Shown here: positions 19,166 through 28,948 of the stretch, in pieces | Layout: each line of letters starts with the position of its first letter | How positions within the stretch are numbered: the stretch's first letter is position 1 | NCBI GenBank assembly: GCA_963734535.1 | Contig: CAVTHS010000006.1 | Coordinates: 96,001 to 160,000, forward strand | Reading direction: 5' to 3' | DNA: 64,000 bases | From: an uncultured Chloroflexia bacterium | Lineage (GTDB): Bacteria; Chloroflexota; Limnocylindria; Limnocylindrales; CSP1-4 | The notes under the pieces: model-generated | What the model saw: the letters and a program-made list of their open reading frames with translations, nothing else | Told to the model about the DNA's origin: nothing | Databases searched by the model: none | Made by a program: the position numbers and the translations under genes

Positions 19166-20107
19166 GTGACGCCCTTCATCGCCCGCCAGGAGCGTTTCGC
19201 GCAGGTCGGCTCCACCCAGGACGTGGTCCGCGCGTGGCTCGCCGCTGGCACCCCGGAGGTCTGCCTCGCCGTCGCCGACGAGCAGGCCGCGGGCCGCGGC
19301 CGTTCGGGCCGGACGTGGGTCGCGCCGCCGGGGCGTGCGTTGCTCCTCTCACTCGGGTTTCGCCCGACGTGGCTCGTGCCAGAGCATGCATGGCGGCTGG
19401 CCGCGACGGTGAGCCTGGCGATGGCCGACGCGGCCGAGGATGCCGCCGGGCTCCGCGATCGGGCGATCCGCCTCAAGTGGCCGAACGACCTCGTCGTCGA
19501 GGAGGATGCGCCCGGGGAGGCGGGGACCGGGTTCGGAGGGGGCGCCGTGCGCAAGCTCGGCGGCGTCCTCGGCGAGACCGATGGACTCGGGACGGCCGCG
19601 CCACAGGTCGTGGTCGGGATCGGGATCAACGCCGACTGGGCTGCCGGCGAATTCCCACCCGCCCTCGCGGAGATCATGACGAGCCTGCGCGAGGCGTCGG
19701 GCGGCCGGCCGATCAGCCTCGCCATCCTGCTCGACGGCTTCCTCTCTCGCCTCGAGGCGCGCGTCGAGGCGCTCCGGGCGGGCCGCTTCGACGTCGGCGA
19801 CTGGGTGGCCAGGCAGCTCACCACGGGCCGTCTCGTGCGGCTGGAGGGGCACGGGCCGGTCGCGGAGGAGCGGCTGGCAGTCGGCGTGGACCCGGCGACG
19901 GGAGCCCTCCTCGTCGCGGACGACGCGGCGCCGGGCGGGGAGCGCGCGGTCCACGCCGGCGAGGTCACCCGTATCCGGCTGGCAGGCCCGGCGAGTCCGG
20001 GGACCGGGGCACCGCCGCCGGGTGTCGAGCGGCCATCCGCGGCCGGCGCGACGCGATCGACCCCCGCGGCCGGCGCGACGCGATCGACCCCCGCGGCCGG
20101 CGCGTAA
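19166..20107 (+). CDS. birA: Biotin--[acetyl-CoA-carboxylase] ligase (no HTH domain)
   Basis: VGSTQD, ADEQAAGRGRSGRTW, LKWPNDL, KLGGVL, VGIGIN, AGEV. Confidence 0.93.
   Translation: MTPFIARQERFAQVGSTQDVVRAWLAAGTPEVCLAVADEQAAGRGRSGRTWVAPPGRALLLSLGFRPTWLVPEHAWRLAATVSLAMADAAEDAAGLRDRAIRLKWPNDLVVEEDAPGEAGTGFGGGAVRKLGGVLGETDGLGTAAPQVVVGIGINADWAAGEFPPALAEIMTSLREASGGRPISLAILLDGFLSRLEARVEALRAGRFDVGDWVARQLTTGRLVRLEGHGPVAEERLAVGVDPATGALLVADDAAPGGERAVHAGEVTRIRLAGPASPGTGAPPPGVERPSAAGATRSTPAAGATRSTPAAGA
20037..20104 (+). repeat. 27-bp coding tandem repeat at the birA C-terminus (AAGATRSTP)
   Basis: CCGCGGCCGGCGCGACGCGATCGACCC, about 2.5 copies. Confidence 0.8.
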
Positions 20108-20130
20108 CGGACGGGTGGGCGCGGTGTTGG
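20104..20130 (+). promoter_or_regulatory. Candidate ECF-type autoregulatory promoter
   Basis: GTAAC (20104-20108), a 17-nt spacer, then GTTGG (20126-20130), just upstream of in-frame GTG 20136 of the ECF gene. Confidence 0.4.
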
Positions 20131-20135
20131 GACGG

Positions 20136-20801
20136 GTGAGGGAACGCGGAACGCTCCGCAGCTCCGGGCGGGTGGTGCCGCTCGACCAGGACCGGGCGCT
20201 CGTGCGAGCCGCCCAGGCCGACCCGCTGCAGTTCGACCCGCTCTACCGGAAGTACCTCGCCCAGGTCTACAACCTTGCCTATCACGAGCTCGGTGATCAT
20301 CACGAGGCGGAGGACGTGACGGAACGCACGTTCATGCTCGCCCTCGGCGGGCTGCCGCGATTCCGGGAGACCGCGCCCGACGACGCGGGCCCGGAGGCAT
20401 CGACGTTCCGCATCTGGCTCTTCCGAATCGCCCGGAACGTCGTCGCGAACCATCGCCGCACCGTGCGACGTCGGCCGACGGCGCCGCTCGAGGCCGCCGC
20501 TGGCGTGGCCGCACCGGACGACGTGGAGGGCGGCGCCATCGCCCGGTCCGAGGCATCGGCCGCGTGGGCGGCGGTGCGCCGGCTGCCGGGTGACCGGCGG
20601 CGTGCCGTGGTGCTCCGCTTCGTCGATGACCTGAGCACCGCCGAGATCGCCGGGATCCTCGAGCGTTCCGAGGGCGCGGTCCGGGTGCTGCTCCACCGCG
20701 CGCTGCGAAGCGTGGCACGCGAGCTCTCGCGCGACGACGATCGCGGACGCTCGGGCCACGGCCGGGGCCGCGACCGGGGCAGCCAGCGAGGCTCCCAGTG
20801 A
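20136..20801 (+). CDS. ECF-family RNA polymerase sigma factor
   Basis: Region 2 FDPLYRKY..EAEDVT..FRIWLFRIARN; region 4 LPGDRRRAVVLRFVDDLSTAEIAGILERSEGAVRVLLHRA. Start uncertain (20124-20175). Confidence 0.92.
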   Translation: MRERGTLRSSGRVVPLDQDRALVRAAQADPLQFDPLYRKYLAQVYNLAYHELGDHHEAEDVTERTFMLALGGLPRFRETAPDDAGPEASTFRIWLFRIARNVVANHRRTVRRRPTAPLEAAAGVAAPDDVEGGAIARSEASAAWAAVRRLPGDRRRAVVLRFVDDLSTAEIAGILERSEGAVRVLLHRALRSVARELSRDDDRGRSGHGRGRDRGSQRGSQ

Positions 20802-21553
20802 TCCTCCAGCCGGCGAACCTCGACGCGATGGAGGTCGAGGCGCTCCAGACGGACCGCTACCTCGACGCGCTCCTGGCCGCCGTCGAGCGGCGAGCCCTCG
20901 ACGCGCCGGCCGACGCCGCCGTCGACCCGACCCTGCGCCGGGCGGCGCGGCGCCTGCGCGACGAGCTGGTCCGCACCCACCCGTCGTTTCGCTTCGAGGA
21001 GCGGCTCGCGCGCCGGCTCGCGGACGCTGCGGTGCGGATGCGCCTGGCGACCGCCGCCGGCGGGGAGGCCGAGGCGGCACTGATCCCGTTCCCGACCCCG
21101 CTGCTGGCCGACCCGACGCTCGCCGCCGAGCTGGCGAACCCCGAGCTGGCTGCGCTCCTGGGTTTGGGTGACGCTGCTGCCGAGTCGAGCACGGAGGCCC
21201 CGGTGGACTCCCGGGTCGCAGTGCCCGGTCGCCCGTCCGCCACTGCGCCGGCGGAGGGGCCTGCCGGGCTCGCCGCGCCGCTCCGCCCCGTCGTGACGCG
21301 GCCGCTGCTCGTCGGCGGTGCGCTGACCTCCGCCGCGCTCTCCCTTGCCGGCGCCGCCTTCGTGGCGTGGCGGCTGACGCGCGGCGCGCCGGCGGACCCG
21401 ATGGCACGCGCAGTGCGCGCGACGCGCGCAGCCCGCGAGGCCGCGGCGGTGACAACGAGCCGCTTGACGGCGGTCGCCACCTCGGCCACGACGCGCCCCG
21501 TGACGGCCCGGCGCGCCGGGAACGCCGGCCCCCGGCGCCGGGGGCCTGGCTGA
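20798..21553 (+). CDS. Putative membrane-anchored anti-sigma factor
   Basis: GTGA overlap with the ECF gene; N-terminal helical domain (LDALL...HPSFRFEERLARRL) and one TM segment (LLVGGALTSAALSLAGAAFVAW). Confidence 0.55.
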   Translation: MILQPANLDAMEVEALQTDRYLDALLAAVERRALDAPADAAVDPTLRRAARRLRDELVRTHPSFRFEERLARRLADAAVRMRLATAAGGEAEAALIPFPTPLLADPTLAAELANPELAALLGLGDAAAESSTEAPVDSRVAVPGRPSATAPAEGPAGLAAPLRPVVTRPLLVGGALTSAALSLAGAAFVAWRLTRGAPADPMARAVRATRAAREAAAVTTSRLTAVATSATTRPVTARRAGNAGPRRRGPG

Positions 21554-22419
21554 TGCCGCTCACGCTTCCGTTCCGCCCGCGCCGCGAGACCTACCCGCCG
21601 GACATGTGGACCAAGTGCCCCAGCTGCTCGGAGATGCTCTTCAACAAGCACCTCGAGAAGAACCTGCGCGTCTGCGGCACGTGTGGCCATCATTTCCGGA
21701 TCTCCGCGAAGGCGCGCCTCGACCAGCTGCTGGACCCGGGGACGTTCCGCGAGCGCGACGAGGGGCTCGCCTCGCGCGATCCGCTCGGCTTCGTCGATTC
21801 GAAGCCCTACGCGGACCGCCTCGTCGCGGCCCAGCTGGCGACCGGGCGCCGCGACGCCGCGAGCTGGGGATTCGGCGCGATCGGCGGCAGGCGTGTCGCG
21901 ATCTGCGCGCTCGACTTCGGCTTCATGGGCGGCTCGATGGGCTCGGTCGTCGGCGAGAAGGTGACGCGCGCGGCGGAGGGCGCGTTCGTCGAGCGGGTGG
22001 CGCTCATCGTGGTCAGCGCCTCCGGCGGCGCCCGGATGCAGGAAGGGACGCTGGCCCTCATGCAGCTGGTCAAGACGATCGGCGCGCTGGAGCGGCTCCG
22101 CGCCGCCGGGCTGCCCTACATCTCCGTGCTCGCCGACCCCACCACCGGCGGCGTCTTCGCCTCGTTCGCCGCGCTCGGCGATGTCAACGTGGCCGAGCCG
22201 AAGGCCCTCATCGGCTTCGCCGGCGCCCGGGTCTCGGCCGGCACGATCGCGGAGGAGCTGCCGCCCGGCTTCCAGCGTTCCGAGTTCCTGTTCAGCCACG
22301 GGTTCGTGGACCGGATCGTCACCCGCGCGGACCTCCGCGACGAGCTCGCCCTGCTCCTGGCCCTGCTCGGACCCGCCGGCGCGACCGACGCCACGTCCGG
22401 GGGTGTGCGGCGTGGTTGA
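21553..22419 (+). CDS. accD: Acetyl-CoA carboxylase carboxyltransferase beta subunit
   Basis: WTKCPSC..CGTC zinc finger, FMGGSMGSVVGEK, SGGARMQEG, PTTGGV, FQRSEFL. Confidence 0.97.
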   Translation: MPLTLPFRPRRETYPPDMWTKCPSCSEMLFNKHLEKNLRVCGTCGHHFRISAKARLDQLLDPGTFRERDEGLASRDPLGFVDSKPYADRLVAAQLATGRRDAASWGFGAIGGRRVAICALDFGFMGGSMGSVVGEKVTRAAEGAFVERVALIVVSASGGARMQEGTLALMQLVKTIGALERLRAAGLPYISVLADPTTGGVFASFAALGDVNVAEPKALIGFAGARVSAGTIAEELPPGFQRSEFLFSHGFVDRIVTRADLRDELALLLALLGPAGATDATSGGVRRG

Positions 22420-23524
22420 CCGGCTGCTCGGGCGCCCGCGAGACCGCGAGACGGTGCCCGCTTCCCCGCCGCCCGGGATCGATCCCCGCGACGCCGTGTG
22501 GGCCCGTGTCCAGCTGGCCCGGAACCCGCGCCGGCCGCACACCCTGGAGCTGGTCGGCCACATCACCGATGCCTTCGTGGAGCTCCACGGCGACCGGCTC
22601 TACGGCGACGACGGGGCGATGGTGGGGGGCCCGGCCCGGATCGACGGCCGCCGGGTCATGATCGTCGGTCACCAGAAGGGCGCCGACACCGATGAGAACA
22701 TCCGGCGCAACTTCGGGATGAGCAAGCCCGAGGGCTTCCGCAAGGCGATCCGCCTGTTCGAGCTGGCGGAGCGGCTGGGCCTGCCCGTCGTCACGTTCGT
22801 CGACACCCCGGGCGCCTACCCGGGAGCCGAGGCGGAGGAGCGCGGGGTCGCCGATGCGATCGCCCGCTCGATCGGCGCGATGACGCGGCTCCGAGTCCCG
22901 ATCGTCACCCTCATCACGGGCGAGGGCGGGTCGGGCGGCGCGCTCGCGATCGCCGCCGGGGACGTGGTGGTGGCCCTCGAGAACGCCGTCTACGCGGTGA
23001 TCAGCCCGGAAGGGTGTGCCTCGATCCTCTGGCGAACGGCCGAGAAGGCGCCGGACGCCGCCCTCGCCATGCGGATGTCGGCCCAGGACCAGGCGGAGCT
23101 GGGCGTCGTCGACCGCGTCGTGCCCGAGCCCGGCGAGGGTGCGCACGTCGACGCGGCCGAGACCGGGAGGCGGCTGCGCGCGGTCATCCTCGAGGAGCTC
23201 GACAAGCTGGCGGTGCTCACGCCCGACGAGCTCGTCGCGAAGCGTGGCGGTCGCTATCGCGCATTCGGCGCGTTCGACGACCTCGGCATCAGCGAGCCGG
23301 GCGGCGGCGGGGCAGAGCGCCCGGGCCTCGCCGACCGCCTGCGCAGGGCGCTGGAGCCGGTGGGCAAGTCGGTGGGCGATGCCCTGGGCGGCCGGACCGG
23401 CCGCGAGGCCCGGGACGCGCGGAACACCCTCGACGGGCGTGAGCCTCGCGAGAGCCGCGACGCACGCGAGACCCGCGAGGGTCGCGATGGGCGTGACGAG
23501 CCGCCCGCGCGCGAGGAGGTGTGA
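22412..23524 (+). CDS. accA: Acetyl-CoA carboxylase carboxyltransferase alpha subunit, with C-terminal extension
   Basis: ARNPRRP, ELHGDR..DD, RNFGM..PEGFRKA, DTPGAYPG, GEGGSGGALA, VISPEGCASILW. Confidence 0.97.
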   Translation: MVDRLLGRPRDRETVPASPPPGIDPRDAVWARVQLARNPRRPHTLELVGHITDAFVELHGDRLYGDDGAMVGGPARIDGRRVMIVGHQKGADTDENIRRNFGMSKPEGFRKAIRLFELAERLGLPVVTFVDTPGAYPGAEAEERGVADAIARSIGAMTRLRVPIVTLITGEGGSGGALAIAAGDVVVALENAVYAVISPEGCASILWRTAEKAPDAALAMRMSAQDQAELGVVDRVVPEPGEGAHVDAAETGRRLRAVILEELDKLAVLTPDELVAKRGGRYRAFGAFDDLGISEPGGGGAERPGLADRLRRALEPVGKSVGDALGGRTGREARDARNTLDGREPRESRDARETREGRDGRDEPPAREEV

Positions 23525-24311
23525 GCGTGCCCAACGACCGCCGCAGCCCGGCCCCGCGCCGCGTGCAGGACCGGCTGGACGATCACGCCGCGATCGACCA
23601 GCTCTCGGACGAGCTGCTCCCCGCTCTCGTCGCCAAGCTTGGGGCGAGCGGCCTCGGGGAGATCGAGATCCGCGAGGGCACGTGGCGGGTCCGGCTCCGG
23701 ATGCCGGCCGACGGGCTCGCCGTGGCCGGCCGCCGTCCAGGTCCCGGTCGCGGGGGATCGCGTGCAGGCGACGGCTCGCACGTGGAACACGTCCGCGCCG
23801 ATGCCTCCGGGCCCGCCGGGACGGTGACCGTGGCGGGTTCGCAGGGACCCGCGACCGAGCCCGCGTCCGAGGTCGGTCCGTCGCGGGTCGTGGCCACGTC
23901 GCCGGCCGTGGGCTATTTCCGGCCCCGGAACGACCTCCGCGCCGGAACGAAGGTCCGGGCGGGCGACCGCATCGGGAGCGTTGACGTGCTCGGCATCGGC
24001 CAGGACCTCGTGGCGCCCGGCGACGGGCTGATCGGCGCGACGCTCGTGGCGCCCGGCGAGCCCGTCGAGTATGGCCAGGCGATCATCGTCCTCGAGCAGC
24101 TCGGGGAGCCGCGGTCACAGCCCGGGCACGCGGCGGACGCCGGCGGCGCGATCGACGCACCGGCACGGCGGACGCCGGCGGCGCGTTCGACGACACCGGC
24201 GCGGCCGCCCGGAGGGTCGCGCCCGACCCGCTCCCCGCCGATCCGGACGTCCCGCCGCCGGCCGCGCCAGACGGGGCCCCCGACGCGGCCCCGCCCAGCG
24301 GTGGTGCCTGA
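23521..24311 (+). CDS. BCCP-like protein lacking the biotinylated lysine; probable indel in its low-complexity tail
   Basis: BCCP N-terminal motif (LVAKLGASGLGEIEIREGTWRVRL) and biotinyl-fold (TSPAVGYF..GTKVRAGDRIGSV-DVLGI-..VAPGEPVEYGQAII), with EAMKM replaced by DVLGI. TGA at 24309-24311 overlaps the accC ATG but is out of frame as given. Confidence 0.8.
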
Positions 24312-25675
24312 TGTTCGACCGCGTCCTCATCGCCAACCGCGGCGAGATCGCCGTCCGGATCCTGCGCGCCTGCCGGACCATGGGCATCGGGGCGGTCGTC
24401 GCGTACAGCGAGGCCGATCGCGACTCGCTGGCCGCCCAGCTTGCCGACGAGGCCATCTGCATCGGTCCCGCCGACGCGAAGCGGAGCTACCTCTCGCCAT
24501 CGGCGATCATCTCGGCCGCGATCGTGACGGGTTGCGACGCGATCCATCCCGGCTACGGCTTCCTGTCCGAGGATGGCGGGTTCGCCGAGGCGGTCGCCGC
24601 GCATGGGCTCACCTTCATCGGCCCGTCCGCCGAGGTCCTCGAGCGGTTCGCCTCGAAGGAGGCCTCGCGCAGCCTCATGGCCCGCCACGGGCTCCCCACG
24701 ATCCCCGGATCGGAGGGGATGCTCCGCGACGACGAGCACGCCCTGTCCGAGGCGGCGCGCGTCGGGTACCCGGTCCTCATCAAGCCGTCCGCCGGCGGCG
24801 GCGGCAAGGGGATGCGCATGGTGCGCACGCCGCGCGAGCTGGAGGCGTCGCTCCGCGTGTGCCGCTCCGAGGCCCGCGCCGCGTTCGGCGACGACTCGCT
24901 GTACCTGGAGAAGTGGCTGGAGGACAACCGCCACGTCGAGGTCCAGGTGGTCGTGGACCGCTACGGCCGCGGCGTCCACCTGGGCGAGCGCGACTGCTCG
25001 GTCCAGCGGCGCCACCAGAAGATCGTGGAGGAGGCGCCAACCCCCGCCCTGCCGCCGGCATCTCGCGCCGAGCTCTGCGACCGGGCGATCGCCGCCGTCG
25101 TGGCGGCCGGCTACGAGAACATCGGGACGCTCGAGTTCCTGGTCGACCGGGACGAGCGCTTCTACTTCATCGAGATCAACTGCCGGATCCAGGTGGAGCA
25201 CCCCGTCACCGAGATGCTCACCGGGATCGACATGGTCGCGACGCAGATCCGGATCGCGGCCGGCGAGCCGCTCGGCTTCGGCCAGGAGGACGTGGAGATC
25301 CGCGGCCACGCCTTCGAGTTCCGGATCAACGCCGAGGACCCGGTCCACGACTTCCGCCCCCAGGCCGGGCTCGTGGAGCGCTTCTACGCGCCGGGCGGCC
25401 CGGGCGTTCGCCTCGACTCGCACCTCTACGCGGGCTACGAGGTTCCCCCGTTCTACGACTCGCTCCTCGGCAAGCTCGTCGTCTGGGGGCCCGACCGGCC
25501 GGCCGCGATCGCCCGCTCCAAGGCCGCCCTGGACGAGCTGGTCGTGGACGGCATCGTGACCAACCGCTCGTTCCACCGCGCGCTCCTGGAGAACGCCGCG
25601 TTCGTCGAGGGCCGGGTCACCACGAACCTCATCGACCGCGTCGGGACGGCGGCGTTCCTCGCCCCGCGGAGCTGA
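24311..25675 (+). CDS. accC: Biotin carboxylase
   Basis: LIANRGEIA, HPGYGFLSE, GGGGKGMR, ERDCSVQRRHQK, EINCRIQVEHPVTE, RINAED. Confidence 0.97.
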   Translation: MFDRVLIANRGEIAVRILRACRTMGIGAVVAYSEADRDSLAAQLADEAICIGPADAKRSYLSPSAIISAAIVTGCDAIHPGYGFLSEDGGFAEAVAAHGLTFIGPSAEVLERFASKEASRSLMARHGLPTIPGSEGMLRDDEHALSEAARVGYPVLIKPSAGGGGKGMRMVRTPRELEASLRVCRSEARAAFGDDSLYLEKWLEDNRHVEVQVVVDRYGRGVHLGERDCSVQRRHQKIVEEAPTPALPPASRAELCDRAIAAVVAAGYENIGTLEFLVDRDERFYFIEINCRIQVEHPVTEMLTGIDMVATQIRIAAGEPLGFGQEDVEIRGHAFEFRINAEDPVHDFRPQAGLVERFYAPGGPGVRLDSHLYAGYEVPPFYDSLLGKLVVWGPDRPAAIARSKAALDELVVDGIVTNRSFHRALLENAAFVEGRVTTNLIDRVGTAAFLAPRS

Positions 25676-25759
25676 GGCGACCCGTGCATGCCTGCATCCA
25701 TCCACCCGCTCGGCGCGCGATCGCCGGGCGACACTGAGCCCGACGAAGCGGAGTCCCAC

Positions 25760-26215
25760 GTGACCGAAGCCATCCACACCACGCGCGAGATCGAGGCGCT
25801 GATCCCGCATCGCTGGCCGTTCCTGCTGGTCGACCGGATCGACGAGTACGACGCGGACGCCCACCAGATCGTCGGCCGCAAGGCCGTGACCGCCACCGAG
25901 TGGTTCTTCCAGGGCCACTTCCCGGGGATGCCGGTCATGCCCGGCGTGCTCCAGGTGGAGGCGCTCGCGCAGACGATGGCCGTCTACGTGGCGAAGCAGG
26001 AGGGCTTCGGGGACAAGATCGGGCTGTTCGCGGGCGTCGACGAGTGCCGCTTCAAGCGGGTCGTCAAGCCGGGCGACGTCCTGCGCCTCGAGGTCACGAT
26101 GGACAAGCTCGGCCGGCGCTTCGGGCGCGGACGCGCCGTCGCGAGCGTGGACGGCGAGGTCTGCTGCGAGGCCACCCTGAGCTTCGTCATCCCCGACGCG
26201 TCCGTGCTCCGCTGA
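25760..26215 (+). CDS. fabZ: 3-hydroxyacyl-ACP dehydratase
   Basis: IPHRWPFLLVDR, FFQGHFPGMPVMPGVLQVEALAQ, FKRVVKPGD. Confidence 0.96.
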   Translation: MTEAIHTTREIEALIPHRWPFLLVDRIDEYDADAHQIVGRKAVTATEWFFQGHFPGMPVMPGVLQVEALAQTMAVYVAKQEGFGDKIGLFAGVDECRFKRVVKPGDVLRLEVTMDKLGRRFGRGRAVASVDGEVCCEATLSFVIPDASVLR

Positions 26216-26961
26216 TGACGCGGCTCGCGCTCTTCTCGGACCTCCACGGCGTCGCGCAGGCGCTCGACGCGGTGCGTGCGGCAATCGCCGCCGCGGCGCC
26301 CGACGTCATCGCGGTCGCCGGCGACTACGCGGTCAACGGCGCGGACCCCGCGGCCGTCATCGACGGCATCCGCGAGCTCGAGTCGCGCGGTGCGCTCGTC
26401 GTGGCCGGTAACACGGACATCGCGGTGGCCGACTTCGACTACGGCGCCGCCTACCCGTGGCTCGGCGACGGAATCCCGGAGTCGACCCGCTCCGCCGTGG
26501 AATGGGCCCACGAGGCGATCGGCCCGCAGCGCGTCGACTGGCTGCGCCGCCTTCCCGCGGAGCGGCGCTTCCGCGCCGACGACGGGACGCTGGTCCTCGT
26601 GACGCACGCGTCGCCGGGCAGCCAGACCGCGGGCTTCGACCGCGGCCTCGACGAGAGCGTCTTCATGGAGCGCCTTGGCCGGACCGACGCGCGGGTGATC
26701 TGCTGCGGCCACACCCACGTCCCGGAGGTCCGCGACTTCGGCTGGAAGGTGGTCGTCAACGGGGGGAGCGCGGGTTACGTCTTCGACGGCGACCCGACCG
26801 CCTCCTGGGCGCTCGTCGACATCGTGGACGGCGAGATCACGGCCGAGATCAAGCGCGTCCCGTTCGACGTGCTCGCGGCGGCCGACGCGGTCGCCGCGCG
26901 CGGCCTCCCCGGGGACGTCTACCGCGCGGCCACGATCCGGAACGGGAAGCTGGTGCGGTGA
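26215..26961 (+). CDS. Calcineurin-like metallophosphoesterase
   Basis: SDLHG, AGD, AGNTD, THASP, CGHTH, NGGSAG. Confidence 0.88.
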   Translation: MTRLALFSDLHGVAQALDAVRAAIAAAAPDVIAVAGDYAVNGADPAAVIDGIRELESRGALVVAGNTDIAVADFDYGAAYPWLGDGIPESTRSAVEWAHEAIGPQRVDWLRRLPAERRFRADDGTLVLVTHASPGSQTAGFDRGLDESVFMERLGRTDARVICCGHTHVPEVRDFGWKVVVNGGSAGYVFDGDPTASWALVDIVDGEITAEIKRVPFDVLAAADAVAARGLPGDVYRAATIRNGKLVR

Positions 26962-28251
26962 GCGTCGCGAGGCCGGGCGGGCAGCTCACCACGGCGGACG
27001 GCGCGCCACGGGTCGTCGTGACCGGCACCGGCATGCTGACCGCGCTCGGGGCGGACGTCGCGAGCACCTGGGCCGGCCTCGTCGCCGGCCGGTCCGGGAT
27101 CGCCACGATCACGGCGTTCGACCCGGCCCGGGTCTCGTCGCGGATCGCCGGCGAGGTGCCCGGCTTCGACCCGTCCGGGGTGCTCGACCGCAAGGAGCAG
27201 CGCCGAAACGACCGCTACACGCAGCTCGCGCTCGTGGCGGCACGCGAGGCGCTCGACGAGGCCGGCCTTCCCGGCCGCCTGGAGGGCGACGCTTGCGGAG
27301 CGGACCGGGATCCTGATCGGCACCGGCCTTGGTGGCGGGATCACGTTCGGCGAGCAGGTCGCGGTCAGCATCGAGAAGGGCGCGGACCGGGTCAGCCCGT
27401 TCTTCGTCCCGATGGCGATCCCGAACCTGGCAGCGGGCCAGGCGGCCATCTTCTTCGGTGCGCTGGGGCCCAACTACGCGATCGCGTCGGCCTGCGCGAG
27501 CGGCGGCCACGCGGTCGGCGAGGCCTGGGAGATCATCCGGCGCGGCGACGCGGACATGATGCTGGCAGGGTCCGCGGAGGCGGTGATCTCGGAGCCGCTC
27601 GTGGCGGGCTTCGCGGCGATGCGCGCGCTCTCCACGCGCAACGACGACCCGGCCGCGGCCTCGCGCCCGTTCGATCGCGGCCGTGACGGCTTCGTGATCG
27701 GGGAGGGGGCCGGGGTGCTGGTCCTCGAGACGCTCGCCCACGCGCGCGGCCGCGGGGCGCAGCCGCTCGGCGAGGTGGTCGGCTATGGCGCCACGGCGGA
27801 CGCGAGCCACGTCACGCTCCCCGCGCCGGGCGGCGTCGGCGCCATTCGCGCGGTCCGGCGGGCACTGGAGAAGGCGCGCCTCACGGTCGACGATGTCGAG
27901 CACGTCAACGCGCACGCGACCTCGACGCCCGAGGGCGACCGGACCGAGCTGGAGATGCTCCGCGGCCTGTTCGGCCCCAGGGCCGGCGAGGTCAACGTGA
28001 CCGCGATCAAGTCGATGATCGGCCACACGCTCGGGGCGGCCGGCTCGATCGAGGCGATCGTCACGCTCCGCACGCTGCGCGAGGGCGTGGTTCCGCCCAC
28101 GATCAACCTCCACGATCCCGACGAGGCGGCCGCGGGCCTCGACCTGACGCCGAACGTCGCCCGCGAACGGCGGATGAAGATCGCGGTCAGCAACTCGTTC
28201 GGCTTCGGCGGGCAGAACAGCGCGCTCGTGCTGCGGCGGTGGGACGAATGA
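26958..28251 (+). CDS. fabF: 3-oxoacyl-ACP synthase II (one frameshift near 27290)
   Basis: RVVVTG.G N-terminus in one frame. ASACASG (catalytic Cys), RPFDRGRDGFVIGEG, NAHATST, KSMIGHTLGAAG and SNSFGFGG in the next frame. Confidence 0.93.
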
Positions 28252-28948
28252 CGGATCCACCGGCCGAGGGCACCGGCGGCGTGCCCGGCCCGGCGATCGA
28301 ACCCGCGACCCCGACGGTCGACGCATCCGTCCTCGGCGCCGATTCCGCGGCCGGCGCCATGCCGGGGGGCGCCGTCGTTCCCGCCGCCGGCGAATCGCTC
28401 TCCGGCGACGCCGTCGGCGACGCGTCCCTCCTCGCGCTCCTTGACCGACTCGCCGGGCTGCTCGAGCGGAGCGACCTCACCGAGCTCGAGGTCGAGGCGG
28501 GTGGCACGGGCCTGACCCTTCGCAAGTCCGCCGCCCTCGCGCCGTTGGCGACGGTCGCCACGGCCGGGCAGCCGGCCGGTTCGGGGCAGCGATCGGACGC
28601 TGCCGCCGGGACGGCCCGGGCCGCCGTCGGTTCATCGGGCAGCTCCAATGCCGCGTCCGGTTCGTCGGAACCCGGCGTCGCCTCGTGCCGCCCGCTGCAG
28701 CCACATCCGTGCTCGCCGTCCGCGCGCCGCTCACCGGGATCTTCTACGCGTCGCCCGGGCCGGGGTCGCCGCCGTTCGTCGCGGTCGGTCGCGAGGTCGT
28801 GGTCGGCCAGGTGATCGGGCTCATCGAGGCGATGAAGCTCTTCAACGAGATCAAGTCGGACCAGGCCGGCCAGGTGGTGCGGGTCATCGCGGAGGATGGT
28901 GCGCTGGTGAAGGCGAAGCAGCCGCTCATCGAGGTCGTGCCGCTGTGA
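28248..28948 (+). CDS. accB: Biotin carboxyl carrier protein, canonical (frameshift in the linker near 28660-28710)
   Basis: LERSDLTELEVEAGG N-domain; RAPLTGIFYASPGPGSPPFV (thumb) and IEAMKLFNEIKSD with Lys at 28835-28837. Confidence 0.9.

Noticed and set aside
23521-25737. 738-aa BCCP-like ORF or BCCP-AccC fusion
   Set aside because: Past ~24150 it is out-of-frame read-through over accC; an indel probably hides the TGA at 24309-24311.
26958-28948. Pseudogenes or programmed frameshifts in fabF and accB
   Set aside because: These are essential genes with intact motifs and no slippery site; single indels fit sequencing error better.
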